Positions 1 through 11,591 of a DNA stretch of 64,000 nucleotides are shown one piece after another. The stretch's first letter is position 1. Every line of letters starts with the position of its first letter. The translations under genes and the position numbers were made by a program. Below the pieces are notes generated by a model. That model ran no database searches. It was not told the DNA's origin and saw only the letters and a program-made list of their open reading frames with translations. Source of the stretch: Tubiluchus corallicola. Taxonomy: Eukaryota; Animalia; Priapulida. The stretch covers positions 162,974 through 226,973 of the forward strand of contig JAQGDQ010000377.1 of the NCBI GenBank assembly GCA_030141605.1. The letters are read 5' to 3'.

Positions 1-344
1 ACCAAGGTTCTATGCATTTTCTCCAAGCACCGCGAAATTTGCCAATAAATAAGTCAGTACACTTTACTGTACAAATTAACTCAGTTTTACATGAATTCAT
101 TTAATTTGTTTATGGTCTGTCTGCAAACTAGTTCTTTTGTTGTTGTATAAGAACGAAACCAAGCATGCGTAATTTTCACATGCCAGTCTTTTTAGTAAAA
201 TTTTTCAGTCCAATTAGTGTCAAATAAGAAGGATTAAATATTAAATTTGCGAACATATTTATAGCATTATATATTATATTATATATTATATATATTGCAT
301 TATATTGTGTTACATATTAGCTAATAATATAATATAATTAGAAA

Positions 345-535
345 GATGAATTCTATCTAGGTGATAAATATTTTGAAATGCTTCCCTCTGGTCATAGATT
401 CCGCTCAATTAATGCCAAAACCACAAGAAATTTAAATTCTTTCTAATCCATTGCAATTTGCACGATCAACATTAAATTTCATTGTATGAATTATACTATA
501 ATGACAATAAATTGCTTACTTACTTACATACTTAA
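345..535 (+). mobile_element. 3' end of a non-LTR retrotransposon (Rex1/Babar-like ORF2 C-terminus), degenerate
   Basis: Translates FEMLPSGHRFRSINAKTTRNLNSF*SIAI (F..LPSG.R.R....T.R...SF.P.AI-type C-terminal motif), followed by AATAAA and a (CTTA)n tail. Confidence 0.55.
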
Positions 536-954
536 AATATATATAAATATAGCTAGATATATAGTTATATATATTATATATTATAGTTATAACTAGCTAG
601 ATAGTTAGACGAACATATAGCCACAAGTTTATTGTCGCTGAAACTAAAACTTAAGTTGTTTTTGTTGCAGTCTGTTCAGATATTGTATGATCAGATCTAG
701 GTTAGAACATACAAAATCCTCTCCATGAAATTTACAGGAAAATTATTTCTTACACTGGACTAAAAGAAGCCACTAGGTGGTACATGCTGTGAAGCCAGTT
801 TTCACTTCTACTAGTCTTCTATATCTTCACTGAAATCAATGCCTGTTTGATTACATCAGGGAGAGTCAACTTGTCAAAAATTTGACTTTGACATGATGTT
901 GCAGCTCTGTGTGAGAATTTTTCAAACTTTTGCTCTATTACAGATTGTGTGAAA

Positions 955-1790
955 GTTAGTTATGAAGTTGAACTTGAACACTTGTAGAAAACAACTAAAC
1001 ACCATATTACATGTTTGCAAAAAACTGAAACACATTTATTACACTACATAGTTATATGTAACATGACTGCTAAACTACACTGACGACCAGAGTGTCCTGC
1101 ACTGATCACTAAGATTTAGACAGTGGCTAGAAGTGAAATCTAGCCAGTTTATATAGGTAGAGAACAATGCAAAAACTTGGCTTCACATATCCCATTACAG
1201 TAAAAATAGGGGAGATTCAGTGAGTTTGCATATTCACTGGACCGAGCAATTGCACTAAGGGTGAGTTTAACTAGTAAAATGTTAAAGTAACTAATCAATA
1301 GATGGCAGCACCTAAAATATACAGTTACAACTTTCACAGGCAGTAATCTGACAAACTTCATAAACTGCATATGTTGCCATTTACTCCTTTATTATTTTTT
1401 CAGATATTTTATTATGTGCTTCTGAACCCTGTCAAAATGGCGGTGCGTTTTAGATGGTACAAAATCTGAAACATATTATTACTTTATAATTTCAGAGACT
1501 TGAAGCAATTTTTGATGATTTTAAATGATTATTAAAGTAGATCATTTTTGGGTTGACAATACTTTAATAATAACTTTCAACATATAACAAAATAACCAAA
1601 GCAGTTCAAGTATCATCAAATTGCATGATTATCATTGCGCAAACAGAAAATCAAACTAGGTGTAAAAACCAGGTGCAATTGATAGGTGGCATATTCTACT
1701 AGAGCTTATGTCACAAGATTAAGACTGGCTTCGTTTCAAACACATTGAAGAAATGCCAATTTGTAAAAATACAAAAACAAGTAATTACAG
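955..1790 (+). repeat. Segmental duplicate of ~29862-30710 lying upstream of the protease Asp exon
   Basis: Near-identical sequence by eye; ORF-track entries 1149..1370 and 30064..30285 are the same peptide with a few substitutions. Confidence 0.9.
1404..1456 (+). pseudogene. Frameshifted half-EGF pseudo-exon ([14 protein letters not shown]...)
   Basis: Follows ttttcag; copy of 30319-30372 with a 1-nt deletion (gcgtttta vs gcgtgttta) giving TAG. Confidence 0.75.
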
Positions 1791-1826
1791 AAGGCTACAT
1801 TAAATGTACATTTACAACTTTCACAG

Positions 1827-2016
1827 ATTGTCAGTTATTATGTACATGAAGAATTTTACGGGATCGATTTTCGAAATGATATTGCGCTCGTGCGAATGAA
1901 TGAAGCAGTTGATTTTACTGATGATATACAACCTGCCACATTACCATCTTGTAACAACAAGAGCTATATTAATGAAGACGTTACTGTCCTAGGATGGGGA
2001 GAACAGGAAAACGGTG
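1827..2016 (+). CDS. Trypsin-fold (S1A) serine protease, internal exon with catalytic Asp
   Basis: cacag|IVSYYVHEEFYGIDFRNDIALVRMNEAVDFTDDIQPATLPSCNNKSYINEDVTVLGWGEQENG|gtaag; NDIAL, IQPxxLP and GWG motifs. Confidence 0.93.
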
Positions 2017-3418
2017 GTAAGCAAAAATCTTGAAACATTTAAATGTTTGAATTTCAAGTTTCGTTTAACAGCTGCCAATGAACGACACTTTAGTTTTGGT
2101 ATTAGGCACAAACACTTATTCGATATAGTTCTATGTACACGACTCTAACTTGGAGGCTGATGTTTCATCGGTCTTTTTCAGATATTACGGTTTCAGGTAT
2201 GGTTAATATTAGACTGTATGGCCGCCAAAGGAGGGCAACAAGGCATATGAACCAAAAATTCTACAACACAGCTATAATTAATCTCTTTTCTTTTTTTGGA
2301 ATTGTTGCAATGTCGAAGGGCTCATTTAAAAAACTAGCGGGTCTAAGGCTTGATGTTACGTTTTACGGGGTCTACCTAGGCATTATGGTTTTCCATGTTG
2401 TCCATGACATACATAGATTTCAAACATTCCAACAACAAAATCTTATATGAAATGGAGGAAAAGATTATGATTATGTTTACTTTATTTATGTTTACTTTTT
2501 TATTTACTTTTTACTCGGTTTAGATAAATTAGAACAGGCCATTATCGAAACTATCAATAACAGTTTCGCATAAAGGCAGTTAACAATAGCAAAAATGACA
2601 ACGTGAAAAGAAAACAAAATGTCTACTTATCAGTTAACCCTTCCCCTGAGAGGACAAGGACATAGGAGAGGAGTCCGCGGACGTAGCTCACTCCAGTCAG
2701 TCACAGCAGCACATCAACAACTTCAGTCTATGACCATAACAATCAATGGTGATGACGACGGCTGCAGCACCAAACAAACAAAGAATGGCTCACAAGTCTT
2801 TGTGGTTGACTCAGGATACTTCCCAAACGTCGGGATGCAGGTGGTCCGTTACATCTCTCCGTGAAGCTTAGAGTTTGCCACACAGAGTTTTCCAGCATCA
2901 CATCAATGTGAATAAAGCTCCACCAACAACATAAAAACTGAAGTTGTTTGCTATAACCACTGATAGTCTTTTTATGTTACATCTGTCAAACAGCAGATGT
3001 GCACAAGTTTAGTGCTTCAGAGACTCTTATAACAAAGTTTAGAGTTGATACCATTTTTTTTAAAGTAAAGTTAAAGTTATAAGTTAAATCATTTTGGCTG
3101 CTTTAAGATTCAACAGTCCCGCTGTACTGTCCTGTTTATCTGTGTCTTGCCCTTTCCAAGACCATGTTAGGCATAGTTAGGTTATAGCACATTATGAAAG
3201 GAGGTGTGATAGGTAGGGAGCCCTTCCCACAGACTATACTGCAGCAATACCTGTATGTGTAAGAACCTTACAGCTGTACTATGTTGTGCCTAATTTATTT
3301 ACAGCCCGTAAATCTACCCAAATTTCACAGCCTGCCTTACATTATGTGTTTTTTGCAATCTTTGAAACTTCTTTGAAAGTTTGTCTTATACGGCTTGGCT
3401 ATTTTTCATTTTCCACAG

Positions 3419-3534
3419 AGTTTCCCAAAAATTTGCAAAAAGCGGATCTGACAGTATCTGAAACAGGTGCTTGCGAAATACTGGATTTAACAATTTCTAT
3501 CTGTGCGTATCATACAGGTCGCGGGATGAGCTAT
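3419..3534 (+). CDS. Serine protease internal exon
   Basis: ccacag|(E)FPKNLQKADLTVSETGACEILDLTISICAYHTGRGMSY|gtaagt; phase 1 in and phase 0 out, compatible with both flanking exons; LQxAxL..C...ICA pattern. Confidence 0.88.
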
Positions 3535-3699
3535 GTAAGTACATCGCAACAAGTTGCATATGAACATTTAATTGAGATCACATTCCAATGCTGTATGTTT
3601 TGCGAAATTGCGAGGTCCTTTTTGTGTTTTTTTTTTACTTAAATTGAACATTTGTAGCATTACTTAGTTGTCACAGTAATTAGATCTGAAGAACGGGAA

Positions 3700-4200
3700 T
3701 GGGCCGATAGTGGTGTTAGCCATGGTTAGATAGATAGCAGTGGGTGTCATAGGCATATTTAGAATTCCCGAGAGGGCCAAGGCGCCCCGTAACGGGCGTT
3801 TTCCCGGACACAACTCGTGATTTTTTCGAAATTTTGACCAAACAGCCTGCGGAAACAACGTTCTAGCGGCGCCTGGTGGGACTTTCGGCAGGAGATATAT
3901 GGCTCCTTAGAAAGAGGAAGAAGAGGGCTACACAATGGTGGGGCTATATTTTAGGGCAGGTCCACCAAGAGGAGTATCGACGGGTTAATTAGATGTTCTA
4001 TTTTTGGCAATTTTCGCTTAGAAAACTGCTGACTCAAAGCCATTGTTCTGACGTCATCCATTGTACTTCGTCTATAACCTTATAGCTTTAATTCAGCAAA
4101 AAGCTGCTGCTGCTGGCTCTGCGTGATAAAACCGAGGACTAGGTAGAATGTTCGCGTATTATTGATTATACGTGGATTTATAGGCAAAATTTTTTGCGGG
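3700..4200. repeat. Unclassified dispersed repeat, also at ~63585-64000
   Basis: Shared strings such as ttttcccggac, tcgaaattttgaccaaacagcctg and ccttatagctttaattcag. Confidence 0.7.
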
Positions 4201-4539
4201 GCGTTTGCTTTTACTAAGATTGTGGTAAAATCACCTTTGCAAAGCTCGTTGCATATGTATCATGTTGCATGTGCATTAAATACATGGAAATCATATTGAT
4301 CAGCAATGCTTAACAAATGCAACACGTACAAAAGTGCACGTGGCAACAGATTCACATTTCAGTGTACAGGTGGCTCTGAAGCACATCACGGCAATGGAAC
4401 AGGCTTTTAAACATATCGTGTCTAACGCGTAACAAATGCAACAACGAAACGATAAATATCTGCATCTTTATTTTTAAACATCTCAAGTGTGTCATGTAGT
4501 CATAATAATCAGAACGAAAAGCAAAAGAAAATTTAAAAC

Positions 4540-5033
4540 TATAGGTTTTACATGTCAAATGTAGACCTACGTTAACTCAAACGTAGATTTAGTTAATTCA
4601 AATGTGTCTTGGTAACTCAAATGTAGACTTTGGTAGTCCAAATGTGTTAACAATGGTTTTCAACAAATCTTGAGTGCTTTTGGTAAGTCAAATGTAGATA
4701 CATGTCAAGTCAAATGTGACATTGGTATCTCAAATGTGGATAGGTGTCAAAGTTTAAGGATGTTAAATTTAATCTTCTTTAATTTCAATTTAATAATTGC
4801 TCCTAAGTTAAAATAACAACGTTATAGGCCTACTAATAGATGCACTATCTTTGGTTTATCTTTTTCTAATTTGCAGTTAAATAACTTAATTACCGATTTA
4901 TTCAATCTACATTTGACTTACCTAAGTCACATTTGAGTTACCAAAACACATTCGAAATTCCTATGTCTACATTTGACTTACCTAAGTCACATTTGAACTT
5001 TCCTGTGTCTACATTTGACGTGTAAAACCTATA
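4540..5033. mobile_element. TA-flanked MITE with ~27-bp TIRs and internal TCAAATGT subrepeats
   Basis: tataggttttacatgtcaaatgtagac ... gtctacatttgacgtgtaaaacctata; shorter copy at 20859-21110. Confidence 0.85.
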
Positions 5034-5177
5034 CAACACGCATTATACTTGCGTTAGGTGTGTTGTTGTTCTAATGTTTGTTTAGCAGTTTTTTCTGACT
5101 TGTTATGCCTGGAATTGAGCACTGGATGCACTCGAAACTTGTCAATGCAAAGATGTGGATAAATATTCTTTCTTTGT

Positions 5178-5178
<1 letters not shown>

Positions 5179-5262
<84 letters not shown>

Positions 5263-5526
5263 TAATAATAGTAATAATAATAATAATAATCTTTATTTAA
5301 AGTCGGTTTTTGGGTCAACAATTAACATTAGCTCAAAGAGCTATTATCGCCGACTGTTAAATAACAACCTACAACTACATAACAGAGACTATTAGTACCC
5401 CACATTTACCCTCAAGTAGGGTAATAGCAGGTACCATTTTAAACTCTTTGCTATAACCCAGCCGCTGGTTCGAACTCACGACCTCCCAGACGGAAAGCAG
5501 TATTATCACTAGACTAAACCATCTGG
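5179..5526 (-). mobile_element. tRNA-derived SINE with expanded (ATT)n tail
   Basis: Reverse complement of the 62261-62541 element; A-box/B-box (GTTCGAAC) head near 5460-5520 and (TAA)n at 5179-5290. Confidence 0.8.
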
Positions 5527-5758
5527 TACTCTTGTTGTGTTTCTCTCTGTTTGACTGCAATTTCCACACAACAAATGATGTTAAATCTGTATTTAACTCA
5601 TTTAGTGTAGCAGTACAGTATCGAGTATTTCATCACCATTTACCATTTATTTGACTTCCAATTAAAAAATGTTACTAAAAAACCTGAAATAAATGTTTTT
5701 GTCTAATTCTATGAGAGCCATTAAGAAACACGAATTATTGAATCTAAGTAACTTTGAG

Positions 5759-6255
<497 letters not shown>

Positions 6256-6307
6256 ACTGAGAGTGACATATAATCATAATTTCCAATTATAATTTTTGCG
6301 TCTGTAG

Positions 6308-6586
6308 GGTGACTCAGGTGGACCCATGATTTTAAAAACAACGGGAGAAGTGATCGGCGTTATTGTTGGTCACATAGAGTCACGAACAGGTGAACAAGTG
6401 GGCGTTGCTACAAGAATTGCATACTACTTGGACTGGATTAATCAAGTGAAGTATTATAACCAAGATTCAGGTGGCGCTTCTGCCATTGAAGTGGCGTCAG
6501 GTTATGACAGAGCTACAGTACGTGAGGCAAGAATGAAAGTTTGTATGATTGTATTAGTCACTAAGTGTTTTTTTAAATCGATTTAG
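6308..6586 (+). CDS. Serine protease terminal exon with catalytic Ser (GDSGGP)
   Basis: tgtag|GDSGGPMILKTTGEVIGVIVGH...GVATRIAYYLDWINQ...KSI*; canonical GDSGGP and TRI..Y.DWI motifs. Confidence 0.93.
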   Translation, partial: GDSGGPMILKTTGEVIGVIVGHIESRTGEQVGVATRIAYYLDWINQVKYYNQDSGGASAIEVASGYDRATVREARMKVCMIVLVTKCFFKSI

Positions 6587-7776
6587 TAATTAAATTGCTA
6601 TATAAATACGTTTTGAGCCACACATCTTTATTAAACTTTTATTTTAAATTCTCAAAAAAAAATTCTATAATTTAAAACTTCCTTTCCTGCTTTTTTCCAA
6701 CAAGATACTGATGAAATTTCTGCGTAATACATATAATTACATTGTAATATATATATATATATATACAATTTTTGATAATATTTTGCATAATATGCACAAC
6801 TCTGGTTTTTATTTAAATTTGCATATTTTGTTAATTTAAGGCTATTGTTACCAAAATTTAGATTATTCTACCAGTTTACGTTCTTTCTATATATATATAT
6901 ATATATATAAATGTGTGTGTGTGTGTAAAACGTCTCAAATATGTACATAAAATTTAGAGTGTAAAAGGGTAAGTTTAGCAAAAGTGGTGTACAAGATACT
7001 GAAATTTATTTAATGGCCGAATAAACAATGTTGTTGTAAAAGAAAACGGTGTACGGAAAATACTTTTATATATGCATAATTCTGGAATTTTGATGCAAAA
7101 TCACTTTGCTACATTGTGTGTAGAGTGTCGTTTACTATATTTAGGTTGACACTTCAAATACGTACTGCTTTAGCGAGTCTAAATGAGCTGTTGAAAAGAT
7201 TTAAATTCCCAAGTTAGTTCAAGATAGCAATACTTTGGCAGACTCACATTATTAAATTTGGCAAAGAACGAATCTAATAAATTGCCCCATGGCCGACCAA
7301 AATGGGGAAAAAAGTACCCCGACTATGTTTGCTCACATTTTTTTTACATTGATGCACCCAACGAAATAATTTCAAACTGTTAGTGATTAAATGTTTTTCA
7401 ATTTCTTATTTGTTATGCAACTACACCATGGTTTTGTTGAAAAGTATAATTCATGTTTTTTTACAAAGCACGGGAGCCTTGTGGAGTAGCTTATTAATCT
7501 CCTTAGTATTTTAATTAGGCCAAATTTTGGAATTTACTTTGCAACATTTTTCTCTCTGTTCCTTTGCGAAAATGATAAGATCTGTAAACCTCCAATTTAG
7601 CCTACAGTTCAGCAAAGGGGTTTTTCTAACAAAGTGTCAAGGAAATTTCATATTAAAACATCTGAACATTGTAATATGGCGGGAACTTCAGCTGCTCGGG
7701 TGACCAAGGATACACAACATTCTTTGTCATGTGCAAAAAACAAAGTCCGACTTTTTTAAAAACACAACAAAAGCAA

Positions 7777-8069
7777 AAAATGTGTTTCATTCTGCAATTG
7801 CTGATAATTTTTTAAAGTATTTAGGACATTTATTATACACGCTATGCTGATCTGTACAAAGTCGTCTCTAAAGTACAGTACCTTGCGCAGTTTTTTATGC
7901 TATGTAGATTTTTTAGCTTGCCATTTCATCACCATTTTCAGCCTATTGTTATTGGCTTAAATCAAAATAACTATTAACAGACCAAATAACTGTCAGTTTT
8001 AAAATTTTAATAATCTTAAAGGCAAAAAAATATCCTCGTATCCCACGGGATACAATGGGTCTGAAAGGG
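7777..8069 (+). mobile_element. Partial copy of the piggyBac-type MITE family (right half)
   Basis: Homologous to the 3' part of 23640-24096; ends TGAAAGGG|TTAA. Confidence 0.75.
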
Positions 8070-9114
8070 TTAAGGTGATGAAAATGAAATTTTAGAAGAT
8101 CTAGTAAGTGAAGACAAAGTGGATGTCTTAGAATTGAACAACAAACACCATTAGTCTGTTATAAAAATTTTCAAAGAATCTTGAAAAACCAGGCATAAAT
8201 AATACCACATAAACAGCATAGTGCTATGGAGGAAAGCCACTTTTTATCGTTATATCTCTCATATATCTATGCCAGCTTGCCACATGAACTTGGTTTTGTA
8301 TTAATGGAGCACCTTGATTACGAGTTGGTCATTGTGTTTAGTTAATAACACATCTTAAGCAAAACTTTAATTTTGTACCTCCCTTTATCTTTATTGTAAG
8401 AAAAAAGTTCTAACAGTGATGTACATCTGTACTGTGTACTGCTGATAGTAAACTTTGCTATCAGACAACTGCTCCTGTTTTTCGGTGACTGCTTACTTGG
8501 AGATGGTAACATTTTTATTATCTGCTTCAATAAAGAGCATGTAATAATTGTATAAAAATGTATAATGTATTGGATCGCTCTCCACTTTTAATGGAGGCAG
8601 AACGGATGGCACCGCGGCCTACACCGTGCGGCATGTCTCAACTAACATGTCAATGCCAAACCAAAACCAAAATGAATAATAAAATCAAAATGACAGTTTA
8701 TTACAAAAAATATTCCAAATAGCTTACCGAACAGAGTAGAATAGAGGAAAGCCTGAAATGTGAACAGAGCTGAGATGAGACGACCACTGACAAGGATCTA
8801 CAGCAGACCTACCCTTTTTATAAGCTCAGGTGTGCACGTGACTAGTGGCTCCTACTAACACAAGGTCAGAATAAGAGTATATATGCTAGATAAAGCCACG
8901 TTCACACGCACACCCGAGAAGTCTGTGGTATTCCCCTGCCAGTATTACACTATCTCATCACAGTCCTGCAGTACAGTATATTATCTAAATTTCTTGAATT
9001 AGGAGACAAATGCCTTGCTTTGTTAGGTGACACATAACCGTGCACCACGCTCTATGATAACCGCTGATGACATTTTCATCTGTTGCTGTTCAGTAGAATT
9101 TGAAAATTTAATTA

Positions 9115-9600
9115 CAGTGGACTCTCGTTATAAGAATCACCTCGGGAGAAGGCAAAGTGATTCTTATAACAAGCGATTCTTATAACGAGCATGACACAGA
9201 ATTGCTTTAAAAAATTTTATGCACATAAAAATTATTTATTTCCCGAAATTACGCTAGAAATGACATGAAACAGCATAATGTTTTTGTGGCCTAAAAAGGA
9301 CCTAAAAATTACTAGACTAATATTTTCATTTCATGGTTGGGTAAATATTTCATGATGACAGAATTGCATTTTTTAATGCACATAATTTTTTTCCGCCACG
9401 CCCACTGCGCAGAACCTTGTAAGCAGGGCGTGAGAGACAATGGAGTTGGCGCCAAAATTGATTCTACTATCGAAAGAAGGGTGATTCTTATACGGGCGGA
9501 TTTTCACTAGGAAAATGCCGATTCAATTCGGGAAACGCGATTTTGATTCTTATATCGAGCTGATTCTTATACGTGTGATTCTTGTAACGAGAGTCCACTG
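9115..9600. mobile_element. Tc1/mariner-pogo (Tigger-like) MITE
   Basis: TA|CAGTGGACTCTCGTTATAAGAATCAC ... GTGATTCTTGTAACGAGAGTCCACTG|TA. Confidence 0.88.
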
Positions 9601-9868
9601 TATTGGCGAAATTTTGCAAAAGAGCATCAATAGCCATTGGCTAAGTATCTACAGATATAACAAAAATGAAAAAATTCTAAAGCTAAGCAAACAAAGCAAG
9701 AAATTTAGAAAAGAATTTTTGTTGGTTTTCTGACACAAATCTTGCAAAAAGGGAAAAAAATAGATGATAATGATGATGATGTCACAATCAAAAATTCGCA
9801 ATTTCCTCACAATAAACACAGATATTGTTTCCACATTTTCCATTTGTCGTTCTTATCTTATAATAATG

Positions 9869-9908
<40 letters not shown>

Positions 9909-10341
9909 TATTAACATAAACATAGCCAAATGTGCTAAATATTAAATTGCATGAGTTACTCAAAGGAACTGGACATCAGTTTTTTTGTGATGATAGCAAA
10001 AATTGAGAGACAAAATGAGCTGGTAGAAGAACTATTTTCTTGTCCTTTTCATCTATAGATAACATTTTTTTAAATAAGTGGGAACATGGCAGCTTTTCCA
10101 TGTTTAAATAACTTCCATTTTACGCAAAGTACCACAAAATGTAAACTATTTCAATGTAAACAATGTCATACATAAATTTATGGCACATCTGTGCTATGAT
10201 AGTGGATTTTTAATGCTTCCAACTCTTGCAGAAAAGGAAAACATTGGTGCAAAAAATGTTGTAAAAAATACTAGTTTTACAATGTTACCAGATATTGGTT
10301 ACTTAGCTATTTCATACCCTTATACTATAATGGTAATATAA

Positions 10342-10594
10342 TAGTAATAGTAATAGTAATAGTAATAGTAATAGTAATAGTAATAGTAATAGTAATAGTA
10401 ATAGTAATAGTAATAGTAATAGTAATAGTAATAGTAATAGTAATAGTAATAGTAATAGTAACAGTAACAGTAACAGTAACAGTAACAGTAACAGTAACAG
10501 TAACAGTAACAGTAACAGTAACAGTAACAGTAACAGTAACAGTAACAGTAACAGTAACAGTAATAGTAATAGTAATAGTAATAGTAATAGTAAT
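10342..10594. repeat. Compound hexamer microsatellite (AGTAAT)n/(AGTAAC)n
   Basis: Directly visible. Confidence 0.95.
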
Positions 10595-11164
10595 TTAAAT
10601 TTAAACTAATTTTAAACTAAAGTAAGTTTAAATTAAATTAAAATTTTCTTAAATATCAAATTGAATTAAACTGAAATAACTTTAAACTAAACTAAGTATA
10701 AACTATTAAAACTGAAACATATGTAAAGCTATTAGGTGTAAACACAGATTTTAAACTTATTTTTGACTGTCATATTGAAGAAATCTGCAAAAGGACTACT
10801 GACGAAATAAATAATAAATAAAAAATTTCCTAATAAGGGTAGTCGTGTGGCTATTTATTTGGTCTTCTTCCTCTGCCAATTTTAACTGTAATAACTTGGT
10901 TTGGCATACCTGCAGTTTCATAAGTACCCGACAAATTGTAAAAACTGCAATAAAGAACACTTAGAATTGCCTATAAAGATTACAATAGCAATACAAACAC
11001 CTGTTGTCAAAAGCCAATCTAGCAACATTGCACTTTAGCAGATTTAGGTCCTTAGTAACTGAGGTATAAAAATCGCTCAATAAGCTAAACCATCCGTATA
11101 CTCAAGTATGAACTAAGCGTAAACTATGAACTACGTGGCCAAAATAAGTTACAAATTCCTCGTT

Positions 11165-11490
11165 AATTCTCTAAGGTACCAAGAAGCAAAGTTGTGGAAT
11201 GGTTTGCCTAAAGCTACTAGTCTAAAATCATTTAAAAACTTCATTTAATCTTGGTATGGTGAAACCTGTAAATGTGCATATTGTGCGTACAGTCTTGTCG
11301 ACTTGAATAATGGATAATTTTATGATTTTTAAAATTGCTGTCATGATTTTCACTTTCTTGTCATTGCATTTCCTTTTCATTCTGTATTTTAAAGGTATCA
11401 TTTTACTTTGCATGTGCCCATTATAGTAGCTTTGACTAATGTTGTAAACATCGACAATAAATAAAGTGGCTTACCTTATCTTATCTTACA
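11165..11490 (+). mobile_element. 3' end of a CR1/L2-group LINE
   Basis: Translates SLRYQEAKLWNGLP..SLKSFKNFI*SWYGETCKCAYC; then a 3' UTR with AATAAATAAA and a (CTTAT)-like tail. Confidence 0.65.
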
Positions 11491-11591
11491 AGCCCTTGCT
11501 CACATAATCAACTTCTAATAGGCACAAATCTCAGACGAAAAGGATAGACTTAGTAGGTTCAAGCTTTTGCTACATCACAGCGGTTTTAGCA

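Noticed and set aside
8075-8335. Weak similarity to ~38920-39115
   Set aside because: Probably an old dispersed repeat; no termini or coding motif could be defined.
8648-8960. Possible small solo LTR (TGT...ACA, minus-strand TATA-like motif)
   Set aside because: No TSD and no second copy in the window.
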